Assembly: GCA_964595165.1 (NCBI GenBank)
Contig: CAZQPF010000015.1
Span: forward strand, 20,754 to 52,753
Length of the DNA stretch: 32,000 bases
Direction: 5' to 3'
From: an uncultured Desulfohalobiaceae bacterium
Lineage (GTDB): Bacteria; Desulfobacterota; Desulfovibrionia; Desulfovibrionales; Desulfothermaceae
The translations under genes and the position numbers were made by a program. The notes below the pieces were generated by a model, which searched no databases, had not been told where the DNA came from, and saw only the letters and a program-made list of their open reading frames with translations. Below are positions 17,766-25,801 of this stretch, one piece after another; position 1 is the stretch's first letter, and each line of letters opens with the position of its first letter.

Positions 17766-19148
17766 ATGCCTGAAGGGAAACTGTGCAACAAGCAGCCCGT
17801 GGATACCAGAGAGCAGCTCAATGCGCTCCTTTCCGATTCCAGAGGCCAGCAGTACTACGAAGAGATGAATCACCTCGAGGTGGACCGCAAGCTCATCCAG
17901 GACACTCTGGCCAAAACCTTCAACTCCAAGATGAAGACCTGGCTGGAGATGTGCGCCCACTGCGGCCTTTGCGCAGACAGCTGCTTTCTTTATCTGGCCA
18001 ATCACCGCGATCCGAAGCAGGTGCCGGCCTACAAGATACAGTCCACACTGGGCGAGCTCGTACGCCATAAGGGGAACGTGAGCAACGAGTTCATGCAGAT
18101 GTGCATGGAGACCGCCTGGGCCAAGTGCACCTGCTGCAATCGGTGCGGCATGTACTGCCCCTACGGCATCGACATGGGGGTCATGTTCAGCTATCTGCGC
18201 GGCATCCTCTTCAAGCAGGGGTTCGTGCCCTGGGAGCTGAAGATCGGCTCCGGCATGCACCGGGTCTATAGGGCCCAGATGGATGTCACCGAAGAGGACT
18301 TCACCGAGACCTGCGACTGGATGTGCGAGGAGTATGAAGAGGACTGGCCCGGACTGACCATCCCGGTGGACAAGGAGAACGCGGATATCCTGTACACCAT
18401 CAACGCCCGCGAGGTGAAGCACTACCCGGAGGACATCGCCGAGGCGGCAGTCCTCTTCCATCTTGCCGGCGAGGACTGGACCGTGACCAGCCAGGGCTGG
18501 GAGCTTACCTCCCTGGCCATGTTCGCTGGCGACTGGGAAGGTTGCAAGGTGCAAGTCAAGAGCGTCTACGACGCCATCGAGCGGCTCAAGCCGAAGCGGA
18601 TGGTCGGCACCGAATGCGGCCACGCCCACAGGGCTACAGTGGTCGAGGGCCCCTATTGGGCCGGACGAAGAGACGGCCTTCCCCCGGCCAGATGTCAGCA
18701 CTATGTGGAGTGGGTAGCCGAGGCCCTGCGCACCGGGAAGCTCAAGATCGATCCCTCCAAGAAGATCAAGGAGCCGGTAACGCTGCAGGATTCCTGCAAC
18801 TATGTCCGCAATCACGGGCTGGCCCAGGTGACCAGGGAGATCATGAGCTATATAGCCGAGGATTTTCGGGAGATGGATCCCAAAAAGGAGCACAACTTCT
18901 GTTGCGGCGGCGGCGGCGGCTTCAACGGCATAGGCCGTTACCGGGAACAGCGCAACATCGGACTGAGGTGCAAGCGGGACCAGATTCTGAGAACCGGGGC
19001 CAACTTAGTGATCGCTCCCTGCCACAACTGCTGGGATGCCATCCGGGACCTCAATGAGGAGTACGAGATCGGCATCCGCTGGTCCTTCTTGAAGCCATTG
19101 CTCATGAGCATGGTGGAGGTGCCGGAGCACTTAAAGCCTCAAGAGTAG
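17766..19148 (+). CDS. hmcF: HmcF, HdrD/DsrK-like cytoplasmic FeS protein with CCG domains
   Basis: [11 protein letters not shown] and [14 protein letters not shown] ferredoxin-type motifs. CCG-type motifs NFCCGGGGG and [11 protein letters not shown] 17766 lies 8 nt after AGGGAGAG. An alternative in-frame GTG is at 17757. Confidence 0.85.
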   Translation: MPEGKLCNKQPVDTREQLNALLSDSRGQQYYEEMNHLEVDRKLIQDTLAKTFNSKMKTWLEMCAHCGLCADSCFLYLANHRDPKQVPAYKIQSTLGELVRHKGNVSNEFMQMCMETAWAKCTCCNRCGMYCPYGIDMGVMFSYLRGILFKQGFVPWELKIGSGMHRVYRAQMDVTEEDFTETCDWMCEEYEEDWPGLTIPVDKENADILYTINAREVKHYPEDIAEAAVLFHLAGEDWTVTSQGWELTSLAMFAGDWEGCKVQVKSVYDAIERLKPKRMVGTECGHAHRATVVEGPYWAGRRDGLPPARCQHYVEWVAEALRTGKLKIDPSKKIKEPVTLQDSCNYVRNHGLAQVTREIMSYIAEDFREMDPKKEHNFCCGGGGGFNGIGRYREQRNIGLRCKRDQILRTGANLVIAPCHNCWDAIRDLNEEYEIGIRWSFLKPLLMSMVEVPEHLKPQE

Positions 19149-19182
19149 TTGTCCTCCGGCCCTCCGAGAGCGGCCGGCCGAT

Positions 19183-20817
19183 CTACTTGCCGAAAGGGCA
19201 TTTGGGAAAGGTGCACGACTTGCAGCCCAGGCAGAATCCGCCCTCGGCCAGCTGAGCCAAGTCCCCCCTGGTTATATCCTGACCGGCAAGCATACGGGGC
19301 AGGAGGAGATCGAAGCTTGTGGTCTTGAAAAAGAGCGCGCAGGCAGGAACTCCGATGACCCGCAGGCTGTCGATCCGGCCCAGCAAGGTCATGGCGCCGG
19401 GCAGTACCGGCGCTCCGTAGAGCATATCCTCCAGCCCCGCATCCAAAAGCCCCTTGCGTGTAACATCGTCCGGGTCCACCGAGAGCCCGGCGGTGGTTAT
19501 GATGAGCTCGGCACCTGCCTTTTGCAAGGCCTGCACGGCTTGCGCTATTTGCCTGCGATCGTCGGATACGATCTCGGAAGCGACGACCTGGCAGCCGAAG
19601 CGCTCCACCTTGCCTTTGATCACCGGCTGGAATCTATCCTCGATAAAGCCTTGGAAAACTTCGGTTCCGGTAATCAGAATGCCTACCTTGAGAGGCTCCA
19701 GGACGAGAACCTTGAACAGCGGTTCATTTCCCAGGGCGGCCAAGGCCCGGCTGTAGATGTCCCGGGAGATATAAAGCGGTATGGCCCTGCAGCCGGCAAA
19801 GGGCTTGTCTTGATCCACCAGGATGTTGCCCTGTCTGGAGGCGCACATGACATCCGGTACCAGATTGAACTGCTCCAGCCTGGCACTGTCGATGTGCAGC
19901 AGCCCGTCACAGGCGGCAAAGAAGGTCATTTTCCCCTCTTTGGGGGCCTCGGAGAGGAGCACATTGTCTCCGGCCATGCGACGGGCAAAGGCTGCAGCGG
20001 CATCGTTTTCATGAACCCATTCCTCGCCCGGGGCAACCGCTTCGCTTTCCACGTAGACCCTGCTCCGGCCCATCAGCTGCAGCCGGCAGAGGTCGCCGGC
20101 CCCGATCTCCTGGCCGGCTTTGAAGGCCGGACCCTTGCTCTCTCCGGGAATGATCCGGGTCATGTCGTGCAGTGTCTTGCGGCCAACGGACTGCTCCAGG
20201 GGTACCGAGCTGAGCCAGGAGGGATCGGGGTCCTCCTGACAGGAGCGGGCGGTTGAGGCGTAGGGCGAGTCGCCCTGGCAGCCTCGGCAGATCGCCCCGT
20301 CGCTTAAAGGGTAGGCCTCGCGGCAAACCGGGCAGAGGTCCACCTGGCCCATGTGCTTTGCCTGCAGGTGCCGGGCTGCGATCTGAATGGGCTGCAGATC
20401 CAGGTACAGGTCCCCGGCGGCTTCGATCTCCCGGAAAAGTGCATCCGAGTCCTGTTCCGATTTGGGCTTGGACTTGAGAAACCAGTCTCTGATAGCCGGC
20501 CAGCCCTCCAGGCGATCCATATTCAGGCTTACCCGCAAGCCCTCTCCGGTATGCTTGTTATACAGGGCCAGGGCATAGCGCCCCAGATTGACGATGCGCA
20601 TCCATCCGTTGCCGTAGCTGCAGGGGGTGAGCAGCTGAACGGCATCCGGCAGGCATTTGCCGGTTTCCACGACTGCGTCGTACAGAATGCCGGAAGGGAG
20701 CTCGCGCTTGGCCAGCTCGACCATGTAGCCGCCGATGAGCAGGCCGGGAGCCGGAAAGCCGTGAAACCGGCGGGCCAATTCCTTGAACTCTGCAAAGCTG
20801 TAATTGCCGATGTCCAT
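19183..20817 (-). CDS. FmdE domain / zinc ribbon / MoeA-like plus MoCF-type molybdopterin-binding domain fusion protein
   Basis: N-terminal FHGFPAPGLLIGGYMVELA...CLPDAVQLLTPCSYGNG (FmdE-like). CPVCREAY...CRGCQG zinc ribbon. C-terminal VGILITGTEV...ELIITTAGLSVDPDDVT (MoaB/Mog-type fold). ATG 20817 is preceded by GGAGAG. The track extension to 20910 is rejected. Confidence 0.75.
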   Translation of the reverse strand: MDIGNYSFAEFKELARRFHGFPAPGLLIGGYMVELAKRELPSGILYDAVVETGKCLPDAVQLLTPCSYGNGWMRIVNLGRYALALYNKHTGEGLRVSLNMDRLEGWPAIRDWFLKSKPKSEQDSDALFREIEAAGDLYLDLQPIQIAARHLQAKHMGQVDLCPVCREAYPLSDGAICRGCQGDSPYASTARSCQEDPDPSWLSSVPLEQSVGRKTLHDMTRIIPGESKGPAFKAGQEIGAGDLCRLQLMGRSRVYVESEAVAPGEEWVHENDAAAAFARRMAGDNVLLSEAPKEGKMTFFAACDGLLHIDSARLEQFNLVPDVMCASRQGNILVDQDKPFAGCRAIPLYISRDIYSRALAALGNEPLFKVLVLEPLKVGILITGTEVFQGFIEDRFQPVIKGKVERFGCQVVASEIVSDDRRQIAQAVQALQKAGAELIITTAGLSVDPDDVTRKGLLDAGLEDMLYGAPVLPGAMTLLGRIDSLRVIGVPACALFFKTTSFDLLLPRMLAGQDITRGDLAQLAEGGFCLGCKSCTFPKCPFGK

Positions 20818-21179
20818 GAATGCTCTCCAGGAAAAAGATAGCTGGCTTCCGTGCGGAAGCTCGCTGAAAAATCTACCTCTTCGCTGTCGATTGTCAAATC
20901 CGGACCTCAAAGATGGGGGATCAAAAAATCGTTTTGTAGGTGCGGCGGAAATGAGCCCTATGAACGGTTAGGACTTGAGAGTTCAAAGTTCAGAGCTAAA
21001 CTCGCATAGCGCAAAGCGCATGGCGCATAGCGAAGAAGGAAAGTCCAGAGTTAAGATAAGCTGAAAGCATCCACAGTCAAACCAGCTCGTCTATATCAGC
21101 TGTAGAAACAATATGTTATTCAAAAACTTTTCACTGTCGAGTTATGATTTTCAAGGGTAGATTTTCAATATTCCCAAGT

Positions 21180-21217
21180 CCCGCAGCATTTTCTCGGCCC
21201 CGAGGAAATGCTGCGGG
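21180..21217. promoter_or_regulatory. 38-bp near-perfect palindrome in the divergent FmdE-fusion / marR control region
   Basis: CCCGCAGCATTTTCTCGG cc CCGAGGAAATGCTGCGGG. The 18-bp arms have one mismatch. TTGACA at 21219 is one base beyond its right end. No U-tract on either strand. Confidence 0.45.
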
Positions 21218-21218
21218 G

Positions 21219-21247
21219 TTGACAGAGATTGAGAGCAGTGTTAACAG
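21219..21247 (+). promoter_or_regulatory. Candidate marR promoter (possibly producing a leaderless mRNA)
   Basis: TTGACA (21219-21224), N17, TAACAG (21242-21247) with a TG extension at 21239-21240. The predicted start falls within a few nt of ATG 21256, which has no Shine-Dalgarno sequence. Confidence 0.3.
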
Positions 21248-21261
21248 TTCATACTATGAAT
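21247..21261. promoter_or_regulatory. Palindromic operator candidate GTTCATactATGAAT overlapping the marR start codon
   Basis: Inverted repeat GTTCAT-N3-ATGAAT. The same 15-mer, with 13 of 15 positions identical, recurs at 24481-24495 upstream of yeeE. Confidence 0.45.
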
Positions 21262-21732
21262 AAGGTCAACGCATCTCCAAGCCATTTTCTCGAATACCAG
21301 GCCTCCCGCCTCCAGGCTCTGATCAACGAGATGGTCAAGTGCTGCGAGGACAGAAAGCTCTATGAGAATCAGAAGTTCGGGCTTCCCTATGCGGAGATCA
21401 AGTGCCTGCTCCTTTTCCAGGGGGAAAGATATCTCACGGTCAAGACCATAGCTTCCCGACTCGATGTTGCCAAGAGCCGGGTGACCAAGCTGATCAACGG
21501 GCTTCTGGCCAAGAAGTATGTGGAACGTATCGACGACCCCAAGGACACCAGGGTCAAGCTGATCAGCCCTACTGCGGGGGGGCGCAAGAAGATCGAAGAG
21601 GTGGAAGCCTTCCATTTGAGCCTTCATAAGAAGCTCATTCAATGCATTGATCCGGAGGACAGAGGGGAGCTGCTGAGCTATTTGGAGCAGCTGAGAAACG
21701 GTATGGAAGAGGTGAAGCAGGAGCTCGTATGA
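21256..21732 (+). CDS. MarR family transcriptional regulator
   Basis: Winged-helix segment LTVKTIASRLDVAKSRVTKLINGLLAKKYVERIDDPKDTRVKLISPTAGG is typical of MarR. ATG 21256 is preferred to the TTG at 21229. Confidence 0.85.
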   Translation: MNKVNASPSHFLEYQASRLQALINEMVKCCEDRKLYENQKFGLPYAEIKCLLLFQGERYLTVKTIASRLDVAKSRVTKLINGLLAKKYVERIDDPKDTRVKLISPTAGGRKKIEEVEAFHLSLHKKLIQCIDPEDRGELLSYLEQLRNGMEEVKQELV

Positions 21733-21862
21733 GCTGTAGCAAGCTTACATATTGCACTGGCAGGGGAGGCAAAAAATTTTTTTATATTTGTTAACCTTAT
21801 GAACTTTGTTGTTGGGCTGGATAGATATCTGAAACGTAGCCTTGACTCCCGTGCAGTAAGGC

Positions 21863-21886
21863 GGTTCAATGATGATATAATGAACC
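21863..21886 (+). promoter_or_regulatory. Extended -10 promoter candidate flanked by GGTTCA / TGAACC half-sites, upstream of the cytochrome c gene
   Basis: TGaTATAAT at 21873-21881. GGTTCA (21863-21868) and TGAACC (21881-21886) bracket it. GATGATataATGAAC (21871-21885) is a weak version of the 15-bp operator motif. A further weak site, GTTAACcttATGAAC, lies at 21790-21804. Confidence 0.35.
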
Positions 21887-21936
21887 TTCTTAACCGTTAA
21901 ACTGCTTAGAGTTGGCCAAAGCTTTAGGTGAAGGAT

Positions 21937-21952
21937 TGGCAAAGAATGAGCT
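21937..21952 (+). promoter_or_regulatory. Alternative weak sigma54-like motif upstream of the cytochrome c gene
   Basis: TGGCAAagaatgaGCt. GG (21938-21939) and GC (21950-21951) are N10 apart, but the -12 TT is missing. Confidence 0.2.
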
Positions 21953-22021
21953 AAAAACCTTCTTTTGTGGTAGGATTTCAACTCAGAAACCAAATGCATC
22001 AAGAACCTATGGAGGAACAGT

Positions 22022-22366
22022 ATGCGTAACAAAGTACGATGGGTCGGAGTAGCGGTTTTCAGCCTCATTTTCCTTTTCAGCATCGGAGCCGCACTGGCGG
22101 GGTCGAGCTTCTCGCCCGACGGCAACGACCGTAAGGGCAAGTATCTCTATCGCAAGAACTGCCGCACCTGTCACGACGGAGGAGATGCCAAGGCCCTGTC
22201 TCCGAACAGCAAAACCCAGTCCCAGTGGGAGAGGATGTTTGAGCGCTATGAGCGATTGGAGTGCAAGGACGAGTGGAGCAAGCTCTCGCAGGACGACCTG
22301 CAGGATATCTATACCTACCTCCACAACCATGCCTACGATTCTCCGCAGCCTGCGACCTGCGGCTAG
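22022..22366 (+). CDS. Small periplasmic monohaem c-type cytochrome
   Basis: Signal peptide WVGVAVFSLIFLFSIGAALA. Single haem site GKYLYRKNCRTCH. Two extra Cys (LECKDEW and C-terminal PATCG). GGAGG lies upstream of the ATG. Confidence 0.8.
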   Translation: MRNKVRWVGVAVFSLIFLFSIGAALAGSSFSPDGNDRKGKYLYRKNCRTCHDGGDAKALSPNSKTQSQWERMFERYERLECKDEWSKLSQDDLQDIYTYLHNHAYDSPQPATCG

Positions 22367-22387
22367 GCGTCGGGTACTTGGTTTGCC

Positions 22388-22462
22388 GGGGATATATATG
22401 GCGTTCCTCTCAAAGGGCTCAACGCTTCAGCGCAGCTCAGCGGGAGAACGCCTATATTCCCC
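22388..22462 (+). other. Long imperfect hairpin between the cytochrome c and OMP genes
   Basis: GGGGATATATATGGCGTTCCTCTC pairs with GGGAGAACGCCTATATTCCCC, giving about 21 bp with three single-nt bulges and a loop of about 30 nt. It starts 22 nt after the cytochrome stop. No U-tract. Confidence 0.4.
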
Positions 22463-22588
22463 AGGGAGCCAGAGAATACCCGAAACTGTGTATAACTTGC
22501 GGCTAATTGTTAATAGTGTCAACTATATTAATAAAGGCTATGCCTTTGTGAACAGCATTAACCTTTAATCGTGTTAAGGAGGCAAGCT

Positions 22589-24319
22589 ATGCCCAGCAAC
22601 GAAGGGAGATGGAGGTTGGCTGCCGCGGCAGCAGCGTTTCTGCTTCTGTTCGCCTGGATCTGCTCTCCGGCAGCGGCTCAGGACACGGAATCTATGCAGC
22701 GGGACACACAGGAGCTGCGGGAGCAGCTGCAGAAGCTTCAGGAGCAGATGAACTCCCTGCAGGACAAGCTGCAAAAGACTGAAGAGAAGCTGCAGGAGTC
22801 CAAGAAGGAGCAGGACTGGAACAGTGAGGACATCAAAGACCTTAACCAGCGCGTGGCCCAGGCGGAGCGGCACACCGCCGCGGACAAGCTGGAGCTGAGC
22901 GTGGAGCTGGAGCCGCGTTTGTGGTCCATTCACATGGATGATGTACGCTCCAGCTTTGGTCAGCTGCAACAGGCAATGGAAACAGGTCAATTGCCCCCAA
23001 GCCTGACAGCCCCTCAAGCTCAGGGCTTCTTGAGCGGCATGGAGCCTGAGAAGCTGGATGTGGACTATGACGCTGTGCGTACCCTCAGGTTCCGACTGCG
23101 CATGGACGCCAAGGTAAACGACAACCTGCGTTTTGCCGGCCGGCTGGCTGCCTACAAGGTCTGGGGCGACAGCATTGGGATCAATGTAAACAAATCCGGA
23201 TTTCAGGACATTACCCTGGACGGGACCTCGGCCAGCAACCCGCACGGCGACGACATTCTCCTGGAGCGGGCCTACTTTGTCTACGACAACGAGTTCGCCA
23301 ACATTCCCTGGTACATCTCCATCGGTCGCCGGCCCTCCACAGAAGGCCCTCCGCTGCAGCTCAAGAAGAACCTGCCTGCTGTCGGCGGCTCCCCTTACGC
23401 CCATGTGATCAACTGGCAGTTCGACGGGGCCTCCTTGAACTTCAACCTTGAAGAGGTGCTCGGCATTCCGGGATTCGATATCCGGCTCTGCTATGGCTCC
23501 GGATTCGAGAACCAGTATGGAACCTCCAGTGCCTTTCTCTCGGAGCCGGAAACGGATGATGTCGATCTCTACGGGGTGATTGGGACCCTTTATGAGGACT
23601 ACCTGCCCCAGGCCGATCTCGATCTGAAGATCGGCTATAATTATGCCATCGCCCCAAACATCTCGGACGGGTTTACCGGTCTCACAGTACAGCCCTTTTT
23701 GGTCCAGAAGAACCCGGATAATACATATAGCTTCAGTCCAAATAGAGGCGGATTTGTCTCCAGAGTGGAGCCGACGACAAACATCGGCGATTGGCAGGCC
23801 CTCTCTTTGGGTGCCATGGCCAACACCCTGGAGGGGAATCTCGATCTCTTTCTGTCCGGTGCCTGGTCGCACACCAAGGCGGAAAGAGTTTCCGAGAACC
23901 CGCTCTACGAGATGCTCGGCATGAGCCTGCTTTCCTCCGGAGGAGATCTGGAGAGCCACGACGGCTGGAGCATCTATACCGGAGCCCGCTACACCCTGTC
24001 CGACTACAAGGCCAAGCTGGGACTGGAGTACAACTACGGATCCAGATACTGGTTCAACTTCACCGGGGCCGAGGACAACCTCATCGGCAGCAAGCTGGCC
24101 ACTCGGGGCCATGTGGTGGAGCCGTACTACATTCAGTCCATTGTCAACGACAACCTCTTTTTCCGGTTAGGGGCCCAGTTCTACTGGTTCAACTACTCCG
24201 GAAGCGGCAACCCTCTGGGCAAGCCGGTGGACGTGGATGAGGTCACCGGAATGGACTCCATATTCCCGGTGATCGACGAGATGCAGCAGTACTATCTCTC
24301 GGTGGTCTTTCGCTATTAG
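22589..24319 (+). CDS. Outer-membrane beta-barrel protein with N-terminal coiled coil (possibly DUF3373-like)
   Basis: AAGGAGG lies 6 nt before ATG 22589. Signal peptide LAAAAAAFLLLFAWICSPAAA-QD. Heptad-rich segment QELREQLQKLQEQMNSLQDKLQKTEEKLQE. Alternating beta-strand-like C-terminal two-thirds ending in the aromatic YYLSVVFRY. The family assignment is from memory only. Confidence 0.75.
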   Translation: MPSNEGRWRLAAAAAAFLLLFAWICSPAAAQDTESMQRDTQELREQLQKLQEQMNSLQDKLQKTEEKLQESKKEQDWNSEDIKDLNQRVAQAERHTAADKLELSVELEPRLWSIHMDDVRSSFGQLQQAMETGQLPPSLTAPQAQGFLSGMEPEKLDVDYDAVRTLRFRLRMDAKVNDNLRFAGRLAAYKVWGDSIGINVNKSGFQDITLDGTSASNPHGDDILLERAYFVYDNEFANIPWYISIGRRPSTEGPPLQLKKNLPAVGGSPYAHVINWQFDGASLNFNLEEVLGIPGFDIRLCYGSGFENQYGTSSAFLSEPETDDVDLYGVIGTLYEDYLPQADLDLKIGYNYAIAPNISDGFTGLTVQPFLVQKNPDNTYSFSPNRGGFVSRVEPTTNIGDWQALSLGAMANTLEGNLDLFLSGAWSHTKAERVSENPLYEMLGMSLLSSGGDLESHDGWSIYTGARYTLSDYKAKLGLEYNYGSRYWFNFTGAEDNLIGSKLATRGHVVEPYYIQSIVNDNLFFRLGAQFYWFNYSGSGNPLGKPVDVDEVTGMDSIFPVIDEMQQYYLSVVFRY

Positions 24320-24328
24320 ATGCCGGCG

Positions 24329-24362
24329 GCAAGCCAGGGGAAGGGCCCTTCCCCTGGCTTGC
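24329..24362 (+). terminator. Perfect 34-bp palindrome after the OMP gene
   Basis: GCAAGCCAGGGGAAGGG / CCCTTCCCCTGGCTTGC. It is followed by an A-run (24365-24370) rather than a T-run, so it is atypical for plus-strand termination. Confidence 0.5.
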
Positions 24363-24480
24363 CCAAAAAAGGTTGACAGGGTTAACAAAATATATAAGCT
24401 TATAAATATGAATAATGTTAAAATAATGGATAGAAAAAGATCTTTTTCAAAGGTAAAACCCATATTTTAAGCAGCATATA

Positions 24481-24495
24481 GTTCATGCTATGAAC
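24481..24495. promoter_or_regulatory. Palindromic operator candidate GTTCATgctATGAAC upstream of yeeE
   Basis: Perfect 6-bp arms. It overlaps a TATAGT -10 candidate (24477-24482), 30 nt before ATG 24525. It matches the marR site at 21247-21261. Confidence 0.45.
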
Positions 24496-24524
24496 CAAGA
24501 GCGGCATTTTGAATAGGTGAAGCT

Positions 24525-25709
24525 ATGAAGACAAACAGCTTATTGAACACTGCCTGGCAGGAAACGTTGAAGGGGTACTCCCTGGTTTTTGAACGTCCCT
24601 GGCCGGCTTGGCTCTCCGGATTGTTCATCGCCTTTCTGGCCCTGATGATCTTCATGTGGTGGCATACCTGGGGCGTAGCCGGGGGGTACGCCAATTGGGG
24701 CGATTGGCTGTACTACCATCTCGGCATCTACGCAAAGGCCCCGGGTCAGACCCCCTGGCTGAACGGCATGTCTGTCTCCAACATCGGCATTCTAGTTGGC
24801 GCCCTGGCCTCGGCCCTGCTCAGCCGGCAGTTCCGCATCAACACCGCTCCCAGGCTGGAGTACGCCAAAGGGCTGGGCGGCGGCATCCTTATGGGCGTGG
24901 GAGCAGCCTTGGCAGCGGGGTGCAACGTTGGCGGCTTCTACTGCGCCATGGGCATGCTCGATCTCGGCGGGGTGATGATGATGGTCGGTCTCTTTGGGGG
25001 AGCCTATCTCGGCCTTAAGTATCTCCTCTGGGAGATGGAGCATCTGCCCCAAAAGACCATGGCCGCCTCGCCGAAGCCGCGCCGCGACCGAAACCGGCTC
25101 AAAACCGGGCTCGGCCTGATCGTCATCGCCCTGATCTTCCTGGCCTTCCAAGCTTACTCCTCTGCGGATCAGACCCAGATCGGGGGGCTGCTGTTTTTCG
25201 GATTCCTCATCGGACTCGTCATGCACCGGGGCAGATTCTGCTTCGCCAATGCCTTTCGCGAGCCGTTCATGACCGGGGACAGCAGAATGATGCGCGCGGT
25301 GCTGCTGAGCCTCATGGTCTACGCCCTGGGGACCGCGGTGATCAAATGGAGCTATATCCAGCCTCCGGGAGCAGGGGTATACCATCCCTTCTGGATCGGA
25401 AGCCTGGCTGGCGGCCTCATCTTCGGCGTGGGCATGCTGCTGGCCGGCGGCTGCGCCAGCGGAACCCTGTGGAGGGCCGGTGAAGGGCATGTCAAGCTGT
25501 GGCTCGCCCTGGTCGGATTCATGGTCTCCAACTCGCCCTCCAGCCGGGCAATCGAGGCTGTCGGCCTGAAGGAGAGCCTCGGCCAGGGCATATTCATACC
25601 CGAGATCCTGACCTGGCAGGGAACCATGATCCTTTTGTACTTCATCTGCTTGAGCCTGATCCTTTTGCTGCTCTGGAACGAGCGAACGGAAAAGTTCGTC
25701 GCCTTCTAA
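24525..25709 (+). CDS. YeeE/YedE family inner-membrane sulfur (thiosulfate) / selenium-related transporter
   Basis: Polytopic protein with the two family Cys motifs LAAGCNVGGF and LLAGGCASGTLWRAGEG. 394 aa. No adjacent TusA/YeeD-like ORF is visible. Confidence 0.85.
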   Translation: MKTNSLLNTAWQETLKGYSLVFERPWPAWLSGLFIAFLALMIFMWWHTWGVAGGYANWGDWLYYHLGIYAKAPGQTPWLNGMSVSNIGILVGALASALLSRQFRINTAPRLEYAKGLGGGILMGVGAALAAGCNVGGFYCAMGMLDLGGVMMMVGLFGGAYLGLKYLLWEMEHLPQKTMAASPKPRRDRNRLKTGLGLIVIALIFLAFQAYSSADQTQIGGLLFFGFLIGLVMHRGRFCFANAFREPFMTGDSRMMRAVLLSLMVYALGTAVIKWSYIQPPGAGVYHPFWIGSLAGGLIFGVGMLLAGGCASGTLWRAGEGHVKLWLALVGFMVSNSPSSRAIEAVGLKESLGQGIFIPEILTWQGTMILLYFICLSLILLLLWNERTEKFVAF

Positions 25710-25751
25710 ACAAATCCGCACCGGGAGGTACCTCCCGGTGCGGATTTGTTT
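25708..25751 (+). terminator. Rho-independent terminator after yeeE
   Basis: 21-bp perfect stem AAACAAATCCGCACCGGGAGG ta CCTCCCGGTGCGGATTTGTTT, with T-rich sequence (CTTTTGGTTTTTT) shortly downstream. Confidence 0.75.
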
Positions 25752-25801
25752 AGACCCTTTTGGTTTTTTAAAAGAATGCAGATCCTTGCCAGGAGATGAC
25801 T

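Noticed and set aside
17544-18893. 449-aa minus-strand ORF opposite hmcF
   Set aside because: Antisense artefact. The plus strand carries ferredoxin and CCG motifs.
21003-21032. CGCATAGCG mini-repeats as a possible CRISPR-like or tandem array
   Set aside because: There are only two short copies with irregular spacing and no spacer/repeat periodicity. This is noted only as a low-complexity block.
22574-24112. 512-aa minus-strand ORF opposite the OMP gene
   Set aside because: Antisense artefact. The plus-strand product has an RBS, a signal peptide and a C-terminal aromatic OMP signature.
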